Assembly (NCBI GenBank): GCA_963785305.1
Contig: CAWAUV010000002.1
Location: forward strand, 32,001 to 96,000
DNA: 64,000 nt
Reading direction: 5' to 3'
Origin: an uncultured Planctomycetaceae bacterium
GTDB lineage: Bacteria; Planctomycetota; Planctomycetia; Pirellulales; PALSA-1355
Shown here in pieces: positions 11,368 through 21,014 of the stretch. Both the position numbers and the translations under genes were made by a program. How positions within the stretch are numbered: the first letter of the stretch is position 1; each line of letters starts with the position of its first letter. The notes beneath the pieces were generated by a model. It made no database searches. It had not been told where the DNA came from and saw only the letters and a list, made by a program, of their open reading frames with translations.

Positions 11368-11712
11368 ATGGAACCACGTCCGACGAAGCTTACGCGGCTC
11401 GAGGGCAATCGGCTGTCGATCACCTGGGACGATGGCCAAGAGCGTGAATACACGGCCAAGGAACTGCGAGACCGCTGCCCCTGCGCCACATGCCGGGAGA
11501 AACGCTCGGCCGCCGAAGCAGCGCCGAGCGCAAAGGCTCCGCTAGGCATGTTGCCGGTGCTCTCGGCGGCGGAAACACGGCCGCTCGGCATCACCAGCAT
11601 GCGACCGGTGGGCAACTACGCCTATTCCATCGACTTCAGCGACGGCCACGGCACGGGCATCTATGGCATGGCCCTGCTCCGGGAACTCGGCCGCGCCGCG
11701 CCGACCGCCTAG
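11368..11712 (+). CDS. DUF971 / gamma-butyrobetaine hydroxylase N-terminal-like protein
   Basis: LRDRCPCATC, VGNYAYSIDFSDGHGTGIY. Confidence 0.88.
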   Translation: MEPRPTKLTRLEGNRLSITWDDGQEREYTAKELRDRCPCATCREKRSAAEAAPSAKAPLGMLPVLSAAETRPLGITSMRPVGNYAYSIDFSDGHGTGIYGMALLRELGRAAPTA

Positions 11713-11877
11713 TGCATTGTCACAATTGAAATGACGGGTTGGATTGGCTCCGCGGCGCCATGCCCACGGCCCTGCGTGGGCATGAGGACTTCGTGTGGCG
11801 CTCGAAACATGCCCACGCTGGGCGTGGGCACGGCACACGGGGTTATACCTATCATTTCAGCCGTGACAAAGCACTAG
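11709..11877. mobile_element. MITE-A: ~170-bp element with ~22-bp imperfect TIRs, CTAG at both ends and an internal REP-like hairpin doublet
   Basis: ctagtgcattgtcacaattgaaatga ... tcatttcagccgtgacaaagcactag, with two internal catgcccacg-N-cgtgggca(t/c)g hairpins. An inverted homolog lies at 47540..47706. Confidence 0.75.
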
Positions 11878-11957
11878 AGCCCATCCGACACCTTCCCCCC
11901 TCTCCCTTTGGGAGAGGGCAGGGTGAGGGTTCGCCGCGGTTGTCGCATAGGCTCTTA
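11875..11957. mobile_element. MITE-B: short TIR element carrying a ccctctccc/gggagaggg hairpin
   Basis: tagagcccatccgaca ... tgtcgcataggctctta. Related ends occur at 13392..13477 and 47785..47867. Confidence 0.6.
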
Positions 11958-13391
11958 GTTCGACTTTTGCACTTTTAAGGGTGCTCAAACTGGTCTTCGT
12001 AAATAGCGTGAGCCTCCGCGACAATGCTTGGGACTTCACTCTCAGGCATCGAGCAAGGAGGCTCACAATGGAACTTGTACCCGGCTTCATGGCGCTTTTG
12101 CAAGGGCTGTCCGCCACAATGACGGCGCCGACTTTCGCGAGTATGACGACGGTTCTGACCGGCTGGGTCTTCGCCAGTCGCCGCACGGTCACGTGCATGA
12201 TCGTCGCGGCTGGCGACACGGCGAGTAAGCACTTCTCGTCGTATCACCGTTTGTTCAGCGCGGCCCGTTGGTCGCGCGACTCGCTCGGGCTGGCCATGTT
12301 CGAATTGATCCAGCCGTTTTTGGGAGACGCCGTCTTGCTGGGACTCGACGACACGCTGGCTCGCAAGCGCGGATTGACGATGTTCGGCGCCGGCATGCAC
12401 CACGACCCTTTGCTCTCCAGCCGTGGCAAGGTGATTACCAACTGGGGGCATAGTTGGGTCGTGCTGGGCGTGATTGTCGAATTGCCGTTTCGCAAGGGAC
12501 ATTATTATTGCCTGCCGATCTTGTTTCGCCTGTACTTGAACAAGAAGAGCGCCGCCAAGCATCGGCGCCCATATCGCACCCGGCCGGAATTGGCGGTCGA
12601 GATGCTCGACGTGTTGTGCAACCACCACAAAAGCCGCCGTTTTCACGTCGTCGCCGACAGCGCCTATGGCGGTCGGAGCTTGCTCTGCTTCTTGCCGACG
12701 AATTGCGATTTGACCAGCCGACTCGTAAAGGACGCTCGCTTGTACGGGCCGCCGCCGGGGCGCGAAGCGGGAACCAATGGCCGACCGCGGAAGTTCGGCC
12801 AACGACTTCCCACGCCGGGGGCAATGCTCAAGGGACGCTGTCGTCGCGCGACCCTGAATATCTACGGGCGGCGCGAAACAGCCCGCTTGACGGAGCAAGT
12901 GGCCCACATGCATGCCGCTCCCCAACGGCCGGTTCGCGTGGTGGCGGCACCCGCCCTCGAAGGCGGCCGCGGGCAAGAGGCATTCTATTCCACTCGCTCC
13001 GAAGCAACCGCCGAACAAGTGATCGCTTGGTACGCGATGCGCTGGAGCATCGAAGTCACGAACCACGACAGTAAGCAATACTTGGGATTTGAACAACCGC
13101 AAGGCTGGACACATCGCGCGGTCGAGCGGACGGCTCCGATGGCCATGTTGTTGTACAGCCTGATCGTGTTGTGGTTTGCCCGCGAGGGTCATCGCAATTG
13201 GCGTCCGATGCTCCACCCTTGGCACGCGTCGAAGACGCAACCGTCATTCGCCGACATGCTCGGCACGCTCCGACGGCTTAGCGTGCGCCAACAGGTTTTA
13301 ACGTTGGCGCTTCAGGGGCCAGGGTCGCGAAAAATCCAACGACTCCTGGAAAACGCCGTGGAAATGGCCGCATAAAGTGCAAAAGTCGAAG
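11958..13391 (+). mobile_element. IS701-like insertion sequence, copy 1 (intact)
   Basis: TIRs ttcgacttttgcacttt / aaagtgcaaaagtcgaa enclosing a single DDE transposase. A near-identical copy lies at 47868..51028. Confidence 0.85.
12068..13375 (+). CDS. DDE transposase (IS701-like)
   Basis: LDDTL, VADSAYG, Y..RWSIEV..HDSKQYLG. AAGGAGG RBS. Confidence 0.9.
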   Translation: MELVPGFMALLQGLSATMTAPTFASMTTVLTGWVFASRRTVTCMIVAAGDTASKHFSSYHRLFSAARWSRDSLGLAMFELIQPFLGDAVLLGLDDTLARKRGLTMFGAGMHHDPLLSSRGKVITNWGHSWVVLGVIVELPFRKGHYYCLPILFRLYLNKKSAAKHRRPYRTRPELAVEMLDVLCNHHKSRRFHVVADSAYGGRSLLCFLPTNCDLTSRLVKDARLYGPPPGREAGTNGRPRKFGQRLPTPGAMLKGRCRRATLNIYGRRETARLTEQVAHMHAAPQRPVRVVAAPALEGGRGQEAFYSTRSEATAEQVIAWYAMRWSIEVTNHDSKQYLGFEQPQGWTHRAVERTAPMAMLLYSLIVLWFAREGHRNWRPMLHPWHASKTQPSFADMLGTLRRLSVRQQVLTLALQGPGSRKIQRLLENAVEMAA

Positions 13392-13477
13392 TAAAAGCCT
13401 ATCCGAGAACTTCGGTGAGCTCTCGCGCTACCCTCTCCCATGCGGGAAGAGGGGGGAGTTGTCGGATTGGCCCTGAG
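13392..13477. mobile_element. Degenerate MITE-B copy
   Basis: aaagcctatccgagaac ... gttgtcggattggccct with an internal ccctctccc..gggaagaggg hairpin. Confidence 0.5.
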
Positions 13478-13644
13478 TGACCCCGTCCCCAGACAACAGT
13501 TATCGTGTACAATGTACAATGGCCCGCCCGCCGCAAATCGGTGGCTGTCTGAAATTGCGTCAAAATGCGTCTGAAAATGCGCGAAATGGCCGTGCGAAAG
13601 TGCGGTTTTCCATCCGGGTCCCTCGCCAGCGATAGAAAACGATC

Positions 13645-16029
13645 ATGAAACCAGTCTCCGCGTTCGTGATTTCCTGGCTCGTGACAGCCAACTCGTTTGC
13701 TTCCGCTGGCGATCCGGCGCTGCCTGGCAACCACCCTCTCAACCAGTCGCGAACGGGGGATTTGCTGATCTCGGAATTTCGCTGCGCGGCGTGTCATAGT
13801 GGCGTCCAACCAAGTTCCCTGCCGGAAAACTCGGCGCCTGATTTGGCCGAAGCAGGTTCGCGGATCTCGCCCGAATACCTTCGGCGGTTTCTTGCGTCTC
13901 CTTCGTCGGCTCATCCGGGCACGAGAATGCCAGACGTGCTGGTGTCGCGATCGGAAGCGGAAAGAGACAAGATCGCGGAAGCGCTGACGCACTTTTTGGT
14001 CGCGCGGTCGAAGGCGGCCTTTCAATCCAACGCGTCGGAGCGGATCGATCGCGAGCAAGGCAAGGCGCTCTATCACACGGTCGGTTGCGTGGCGTGTCAT
14101 GGCCCGAGGGAAGCGATCGCCGACGCGCGGCAGGTCGAAAATCGCGGCGGCGAAGATGACGACGACGAGGCCAAGAAACCCACCGCCCAAAGCACCGTCA
14201 AGCCGATCGCCGTGCCACTGGGCCATGTCGCCGCCAAATACAGCGCGACGTCGCTGGGCGAGTTCCTGTTTCAACCGTTGCGTGTCAGAAACGCCGGGCG
14301 AATGCCCGACATGAAACTGACTCCGGCGGAATCACTGGCCATTGCCGGCTACTTGATTGGAGAAAAGCCCCGAACGGGAGAGGCTCTTGTTCCATGGGCA
14401 TCACTGGTGGCGCTCGGGAAGAAATACTTCCAGGAGCTGAACTGCGCCGCGTGTCACGCGCTCCCTGCAATGGCGGCGGCTCCCCTGGTTGGCTCATTGA
14501 GAAACGCGGACCTGTCTCGCGGCTGTTTGTCCAAGACGAGTGCTCGAAGTCCTCGGTTCCAACTCGACGACTCCCAGGTCCAGGCGCTGATTGCTTCGAT
14601 TCGGGAAGAACCGACGGCCGAATCGGACAAGCTCGTGGTGGCGAAGACGCTGACCGCTTTTCGCTGCATCGCCTGTCATATTCGAGATGACTTTGGCGGA
14701 GTGCATGAGGCATACGACCCGTTCTTCACCGGCAGCGAGCAAAAACTGGGCGACGACGGCCGCATCCCGCCGCCGCTCACGCTCGTGGGGGCCAAGCTGC
14801 GGCCGGCATGGATGAAGAAGGTGCTCTTCGATGGCGAAAGTGTCCGGCATTATATGGCGACTCGGATGCCGCAATATGGCGTTGCCAATCTCCAGCATTT
14901 GCCGGCCTACTTCAGTCGTCTCGACGATTCGAAAAGCGCGGAGATGAAGATTCCGAACCCAGAGGATCGCTCCGAAAGCGATCGCGAACGAGAAAAGCTG
15001 CTTCGCGCGGCGGGCCGAGAATTGCTCGGCGACAAGGGCCTGAACTGCATCGCCTGCCACACCTTCAATGGAAAAGCCGCGCAGGTCAATCAAGGAATCG
15101 ACCTGCCGACGAGCTATCAGCGACTTCAACCGGGGTGGTTCAATCGCTATCTCCGCAACCCTGGCGCCTTTCGTCCACGAACCATCATGCCGACGTCTTG
15201 GCCCAACGGAGTCGCCACGCATAAGACAATTCTCGATGGCGACACCGACCGGCAGATCGAGTCCATCTGGTACTACCTCTCGCTCGGCACATCCGCCGCC
15301 GATCCGTCCGGAATCCGCGGAGTGAGCACGAAACTGACCGTCGACGACCAGGCCAAGACATATCGCGGACGGAGTCGCGTGGCCGGTTTTCGGGGCATCG
15401 CCGTCGGTTTACCCGAGCAGCTCAGTTATGCGTTTAACGCGGAAACAGGAACGCTGTCGGCCATCTGGCAGGGCGACTTCATCGGAGTGAACTGGAGTGG
15501 CCAGGGTTCCGGGGATTTCAGTCCGAGCGCCGAGCCAATCACTCTGGCGCAGGATGTTTCCTTCGCACAGCTCGCCGATGAAAGTTCTCCGTGGCCGCTG
15601 ATGCCGGTGATGACCAAGGAGGCTCGAACCAATCCCGATCCGCTCTATCCGAAAAACGTAGGCTATCAGTTCCGCGGATACTTCCTCGGCGAATCGTCGA
15701 TCCCCACTTTCATGTATCGCAGCGGCACGATTGAGATCGAAGATCGGTCGGTGGCCGCGGGTACCGATGAGCAACGACAATTGAAGCGAGTTTTGCGGCT
15801 TGAGTCTCCGGCGCCGCGAACCGTCTGGTTTCGAGCGCTCACGGGAGAGATCCGCCAAGAGTCCGAACGCGCCTTCCTCAGCGGCCGTTTGCGGCTGACG
15901 ATTCCCCAAATCGAAACGAAACTGCGATCGTCGTCCGACGATCCGAAGCGGTCCGAACTGCTGCTGCGACTGCAAGTTTCCCAAGACGAATCAACCCTGG
16001 AGTTGCTCTATGAACCGCTCAAGAAGTAG
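13645..16029 (+). CDS. Secreted multi-domain c-type cytochrome (5 CxxCH)
   Basis: Signal peptide; CAACH, CVACH, CAACH, CIACH, CIACH, most followed by an xMP distal Met motif. Confidence 0.88.
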   Translation: MKPVSAFVISWLVTANSFASAGDPALPGNHPLNQSRTGDLLISEFRCAACHSGVQPSSLPENSAPDLAEAGSRISPEYLRRFLASPSSAHPGTRMPDVLVSRSEAERDKIAEALTHFLVARSKAAFQSNASERIDREQGKALYHTVGCVACHGPREAIADARQVENRGGEDDDDEAKKPTAQSTVKPIAVPLGHVAAKYSATSLGEFLFQPLRVRNAGRMPDMKLTPAESLAIAGYLIGEKPRTGEALVPWASLVALGKKYFQELNCAACHALPAMAAAPLVGSLRNADLSRGCLSKTSARSPRFQLDDSQVQALIASIREEPTAESDKLVVAKTLTAFRCIACHIRDDFGGVHEAYDPFFTGSEQKLGDDGRIPPPLTLVGAKLRPAWMKKVLFDGESVRHYMATRMPQYGVANLQHLPAYFSRLDDSKSAEMKIPNPEDRSESDREREKLLRAAGRELLGDKGLNCIACHTFNGKAAQVNQGIDLPTSYQRLQPGWFNRYLRNPGAFRPRTIMPTSWPNGVATHKTILDGDTDRQIESIWYYLSLGTSAADPSGIRGVSTKLTVDDQAKTYRGRSRVAGFRGIAVGLPEQLSYAFNAETGTLSAIWQGDFIGVNWSGQGSGDFSPSAEPITLAQDVSFAQLADESSPWPLMPVMTKEARTNPDPLYPKNVGYQFRGYFLGESSIPTFMYRSGTIEIEDRSVAAGTDEQRQLKRVLRLESPAPRTVWFRALTGEIRQESERAFLSGRLRLTIPQIETKLRSSSDDPKRSELLLRLQVSQDESTLELLYEPLKK

Positions 16030-17513
16030 TCATTCGCGACTCCATTGCTTTCTGATCCTGATTGCAATGTCCGCGCTGGGCGCCCTGCGCCGAGGAGGTT
16101 GGCGAACGATGGGGAACCGAGGAACGCGAGCGTGAATATTATCCGATCGTCGATATTCCACTGCCAAAGGACACGGTCATCGAGGCCGGGGCCTTCGCGG
16201 TGGCGCCGGATCGGCGAATCGCCGTGGGAACGCGGCATGGCGAGATTTTTCTCATCGACGGTGTCGACGCCCCGAAGCCAACCCCCTCGTTTCATCGGTT
16301 CGCCACGGGACTCGACGAGATATTTGGGCTGACGTGGAAGGACAACGCGTTTTGCGTCACCCAGAGCTGCGAATTGACTCGCGTTAGCGATTCCAATGGC
16401 GATGGCGTGGCGGATCGCTTCGAGACCATCTCCGATGCGTGGGGATATGCGAACTACCACGAATACGCCTTCGGTTCGAAACCCGACGCCGAGGGAAATC
16501 AGTTCATCGCGCTCGGCCTGTCGGAGTCTTACTACTCCCACGCCTTGAACCGTGGATTCATCATGAAGGTCGCGCCCGACGGGAAAACGACCGCCTTCGC
16601 CAGCGGACTGCGCAGTCCCGGCGGGATCGGGTTCGATGAGCACGAGCAACTGTTCTATGTGGAAAGCCAGGGCCCGTGGAATTGTTCGTGCAGTCTGAAG
16701 GCGGTGTCGCCGAACAGCTTTCACGGTCACCCGGCCAGCTTCAACTGGTACCAATACTCGCCGGAACTCGGGCCGGTCCCTGAGGCGCCGAAGTCGGGCA
16801 GTCGTATCGTCTCCGAAAAGAACCGCGTCAAACAACTGGCGCCCTACGCCGTCATTTTTCCATACATCCGCATGGGCAGGTCCATCACGGCCTTCAGCGT
16901 CGATAAGACGCTGGGAAAGTTCGGCCCTTTTGAAAACCAGTTGTTTCTTGGCGATTACACGCAATCGATCCTGATGCGCGCCACGACGGAAAAGGTCCAC
17001 GGCGTTTGGCAGGGAGCGTGCTATCCGTTTCGCGAGGGCCTTTCGACCGGAATTCTCAACGTGGAATTCACTCCGGAGGGCAGGTTGCTATGCGGCGGAA
17101 CCAATCGCGGCTGGCCGGTTCGCGGCATCAAACCGTTCGCTCTGGAGCGAGTCGAGTGGAGTGGCAAGGTCCCATTTGAAATCAATGAAATCACGATCGA
17201 ACCCGATGGGTTCAAGATTACGTTTACCAAACCCGTGGAACAGGTCACCGGCCGCTCAATGGACTCGTATGTGATCTCCGCGTTCACGCACCCGTACCAC
17301 GCCGGCTACGGCGGGCCGGAAATCGAGCGGCACAAGCCAAGCCTGAAAGCTGTCTCGCTTTCCGACGACGGACTCTCGGCCAAGATCGCACTAGAAAAGC
17401 TCGACCAGGGATTCGTGTACGAATTCGATCTGGAACGATTGCGTTCGCGCGACAACGAAGAGCTGCTTCATCGCAGCGCGTTCTACACCGTCAATGAAAT
17501 ACCCGCCCGCTAA
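16010..17513 (+). CDS. Secreted beta-propeller (glucose/sorbosone dehydrogenase-like) partner of the cytochrome; probable frameshift near 16080
   Basis: YHEYAFG, ASGLRSPGG, FGPFENQLFLGD, GGTNRGW. A signal-peptide-like start at ATG 16010 (GGAG RBS) is out of frame with ORF 16062..17513. Confidence 0.75.
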
Positions 17514-17601
17514 CAACGCCGCTCAGAGATCGAACTCCCAAACCGCCCGGGCATACCGTGCTCCACCATTTTTTGGCGCCTGTCTGGTTCCTTTGTGACA
17601 G

Positions 17602-18156
17602 GAGAAATCAAAGGGTTCAGGACTCATCGATTTCGCTGCAGAGAAATCAAAGGGGTCAAGAAATCAAAGGGGTCAGGACTCTTTGATTTCGCTGGCGGTT
17701 GTTGGTAGACTGGCGGACATGCCGCGACCACCACGAGCCGACGAAGCCGGCGGCGCCTACCATGCCTTGAATCGAGCGAATGCCCGGGCCAAGATTTTCC
17801 GCAACGACGCGGATTACGAAGCCTTCGAGCGCGTGCTCGGTGAAGGGCTCGCGGCATGCCGTCGAGTTGTTCGCTTACCAGTTGATGCCCAGCCACCGGC
17901 GCCGCTGGCGGAACGAGATCTCGCCGCATTGCGCGGCGAGGGTCTCCCTTCGGCGAGCCGACTTGGACCGAAGCGACGGCAAGGCGCCCGCGACTGACCT
18001 CGACGCTACAACCTCGTGGTCGTCCGCAAGTCCATTTTTCCGATACGGCTCCCGACCAAATACCAAACAATGAGTCCTGACCCGTTAGAATTCTGTAGAA
18101 TTCTGTAGAATTCTCTGTAGAATTCTCTGTAGAATTCTCTGACCCGTTAGAATTCT
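17602..18156 (+). mobile_element. RAYT-like (HUH Y1) non-autonomous element, copy 1; internally deleted, with reiterated ends
   Basis: MPRPPRADEAGGAYHALNRANAR from ATG 17719. Ends are ggggtcaggactc / gagtcctgacccg. The left hairpin is repeated, and the right end carries tandem tagaattct(ct)g units. Confidence 0.85.
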
Positions 18157-18959
18157 CCGCCGAGATCATTATACACATACTCGGTCGTCCGCCCGAGCGG
18201 GTCGGTCATCGACAGCTCGTTGCCGTTGGCATCGTAGGTGTAGGTGGTGGTCACGCCGCCCGAGGCGGCCACGGGCGCCGACGACGCCAAGAGCGCGATC
18301 TGGCCGGCGGTGAGCGCCGTGTCGTAGATCGCCACCGGGCCGATATCGCCGTCGAGATAGCGAGTGCCATCGGACGAGGCGCCGATCGTCCAGGGAGCGT
18401 CGACCGCCACGGCCCCTTGCGTGCTCGCCGTGCTGCTCACAAGCGCGCCGTCGGCATAGAGTTGCCACGCGCTGCCGGTGAACACGCCGGTCAAAAACAC
18501 CCAATTGCCGATGTCGCCCACCGGAATCGGCGCCGTGGTCGCCTGATCGCTACCGTTCCATGTGCCGAACTGGAAGTAGCCGCTGTTGATCCGCAGATAC
18601 ACTTCGGCGTCGGAATTATACGTGTAACCGTGGGCCACGATATCTTGCAGCCCGGCCGTCGATTGCACATCGACCCACGCCGACACGGTCAGCTCGCCCG
18701 AGATATCGAGCGCCGCGGAATTGCTCTCGATCGACACCGCCTCGTTCACGCCATTGAGCGCCAAGCCCGACCCCACCGGGCTCGCCACTTGCGCCGGCGA
18801 GCCCGCAATCGCGCCCGTGTCGCCATTGCCCGACCCATCGGGCGTCGCGCCGCCGGTGATCGAACTAAAATCCCAGGCCCCGGCCAAGCCGGCCGTGATC
18901 GGAGTGGACGCCGCCGCATGGGCGCCATCGCCGCCCGACGGGCCGGCCACTCGCATCAT
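18147..18959 (-). pseudogene. Fragment of an Rhs/YD-repeat protein: LamG (ConA-like) domain plus one YD repeat, cut by the RAYT end
   Basis: TVSAWV, WVFLTGVF..LYADG, LDGDIGPVAIYDTALT, then TYTYDANGNELSMTDPLGRTT. The stop codon is supplied by the element terminus. Confidence 0.75.
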
Positions 18960-18965
18960 TGGCTC

Positions 18966-19340
18966 TCAATAGCAAGGCTTGCTAGGGCTTCTCGTGTCCT
19001 CTTCGTTAGCCTTTTCCGCCATATAAAAAGGACTCGCGATAAATTCGCGCCATAATTCAATGACACCACTCCATGTCTTTGCCTTTGGAATCGGAGACGG
19101 CGATTCCACGCCATCAGCAACAGCGAGATCGGACTGAGCCTGCTTGTCTTTCAAGAAACAGAAGTATCCCAGCAAAGAAATGTGCCGACCAACGTCCTCG
19201 GTAAGAATGATCTCTCGCAACCACTCCAGATGCACAAATACCTCCTCCAACGAATCAGGTGATCTGGCGTACATATGCGGCTTCTCACAAGCCCATGTAA
19301 TCCATTGGTCGTTGAGCTTTATGATTTCTCTCGCATTCAT
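18966..19340 (-). CDS. Putative immunity protein of the Rhs toxin
   Basis: Small AT-richer ORF overlapping the toxin stop codon (ATGA). Confidence 0.6.
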   Translation of the reverse strand: MNAREIIKLNDQWITWACEKPHMYARSPDSLEEVFVHLEWLREIILTEDVGRHISLLGYFCFLKDKQAQSDLAVADGVESPSPIPKAKTWSGVIELWREFIASPFYMAEKANEEDTRSPSKPCY

Positions 19341-20735
19341 GGAATTACCTTTATCACTTGCGTATTTGGGTTCACGAGTTGCACCTTATCGGCTAACAAT
19401 TGAAAGTACTCCTCGGTCGCAAGTCCGGCGGGACCGGTCAACGCGTCGTAAATCTTATCGCCATAACGCACAACCTGGTGCTCCCCTGTATCGGAAAACT
19501 GCCGTCCACCAATAATGAAAAACTGTTCTCCACTCTGACCGGTAATTTTTAATATTTCTGCGCCCTTCCCAAGAACTTTTGCGGCGAGGTCCGCCGCCTT
19601 GTCGCACCGCTTTGCCAATATCGGGAATTGTCGGTAGATCCCGTCGAGTTGGGATATCGTGTTAACGCGGGTTGCGAGATTTGCAATCGTATCTTTTGAA
19701 GTAGCTATAATTTCCTTGGCCGCATCGCCTCGTCTAAGCACCGGATCCAATGCCTGCACGAAGCTGCTCATTCGTGTTTTTACCAAGTCCGCAGCCGCCG
19801 ATGCGGCGTTTAGCGCCTTTGTTGTCTCCGTCCTTGCCGCTGTGATCGCCGCCTGATTTGACGGACTCTGCAGCGCTTGGCCGAGTTTCTGTAGCGAAGT
19901 CGTCAATTTGTCCGCAGCTGCGTTTGCCTGAGTCATCGCCTGCTGCAATGGCGCCGCAAGCGAGGCGATATACGCGGCGAGCTTCGGCTCCTTTCCCGTG
20001 GGATCGGTTAACTCAGCAGGATTATTCAGCACATATCGAGCGAGATTTATATCGCCCGCCGCAAACCCAATCGGATCCTGTTGGGTCCACAGCCCATCGA
20101 CCGCGTCGTAGTAGCGGGTCATGCTTTTGTCGAGGCCGGTGGCGGTGTCGTGGACGAAGCCGGTGTAGCCGAAGAGGTAGGCGACGCCGGTGTCCGACTG
20201 GCTGGTCACGGCGCCGAAGGCGGTGTAGGTGATGTGGTTGACGATCGTCGTGGTGGCGGTGGCGGCGTCGTATTCGACCAAGTCGCGAGCCGTGCCTTGG
20301 TTGTCGACCAAGGGGTAAAGCACGATGCCGGCGGCGGTTGGAAGTTCACCGGCCTCCGTCGGGTCGAACTGCTCGTCGGCGAAGACTTGATCCACCATTG
20401 GGCCATCGAGGTACCGGTTCGTCAGGGCGTTCGTGCCATCGAGCGTGGCGACGATGGCTTGGCCGTCGTAGATGAATTTGGTCTCGGTGGTCGCGCCGCC
20501 GGCTACCGCGACGGTTTCCGAAACTTGCCGGCCAACCGCGTCGTACGCGTACGTCACCGTTTGCGTGACCACGCCGGCGCTGGTGTAGCTCGTCACAGCG
20601 GTCAATTCATTTCGATAGTCGTAGGCGTAGGTCGTATACGCGCCGGTGGCGATGTCGGTTTGCTCGATGCGATTGCCATCGGCGTCGTACTGGTAGTCGT
20701 ATGTGCCATCGGTGATCAGCGTGTTGTTGGCTGGC
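19337..20735 (-). pseudogene. 5'-truncated (orphan) Rhs core with C-terminal papain-fold-like toxin
   Basis: YD repeats, Rhs core (YLFGYTG...RYYD...QQDPIGF...NNP..TDPTG), then an AT-richer tip with C...H...D. No start codon upstream of the YD repeats. Confidence 0.8.
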
Positions 20736-20809
20736 CGTCGGGATCGTTCCCGAGCCCGCGCGGCCCAATTGGATTGTCAAAGATCGCGTAGCGCCCGCAT
20801 CGCAGCCCC

Positions 20810-20895
20810 TCTGGGGCCGCTCACCACGGTCTGGTGGTCGAGCGCATTATACACACACGCGGTCGTGTTCCCATCGGCATCGGTGAAGCAGAGCG
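20810..20895 (-). pseudogene. Isolated YD-repeat remnant
   Basis: Minus strand reads LCFTDADGNTTACVYNALDHQTVVSGP. Confidence 0.5.
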
Positions 20896-21014
20896 CACTG
20901 ACCCAACTCGCGTGGGCGCACCGCCAACCGCATTGCTATGCCCACGACACGGGTGGGCATGGCGCCGGGCGCCTCGCGGCGTAAAAGATTCCGAGCGCTC
21001 GCGGCGCGCGGCGT

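Noticed and set aside
18070..18156. CRISPR-like array, or a real SENSTENSTEF protein repeat
   Set aside because: There are no spacers. The peptide repeat is a spurious translation of the element-end stutter.
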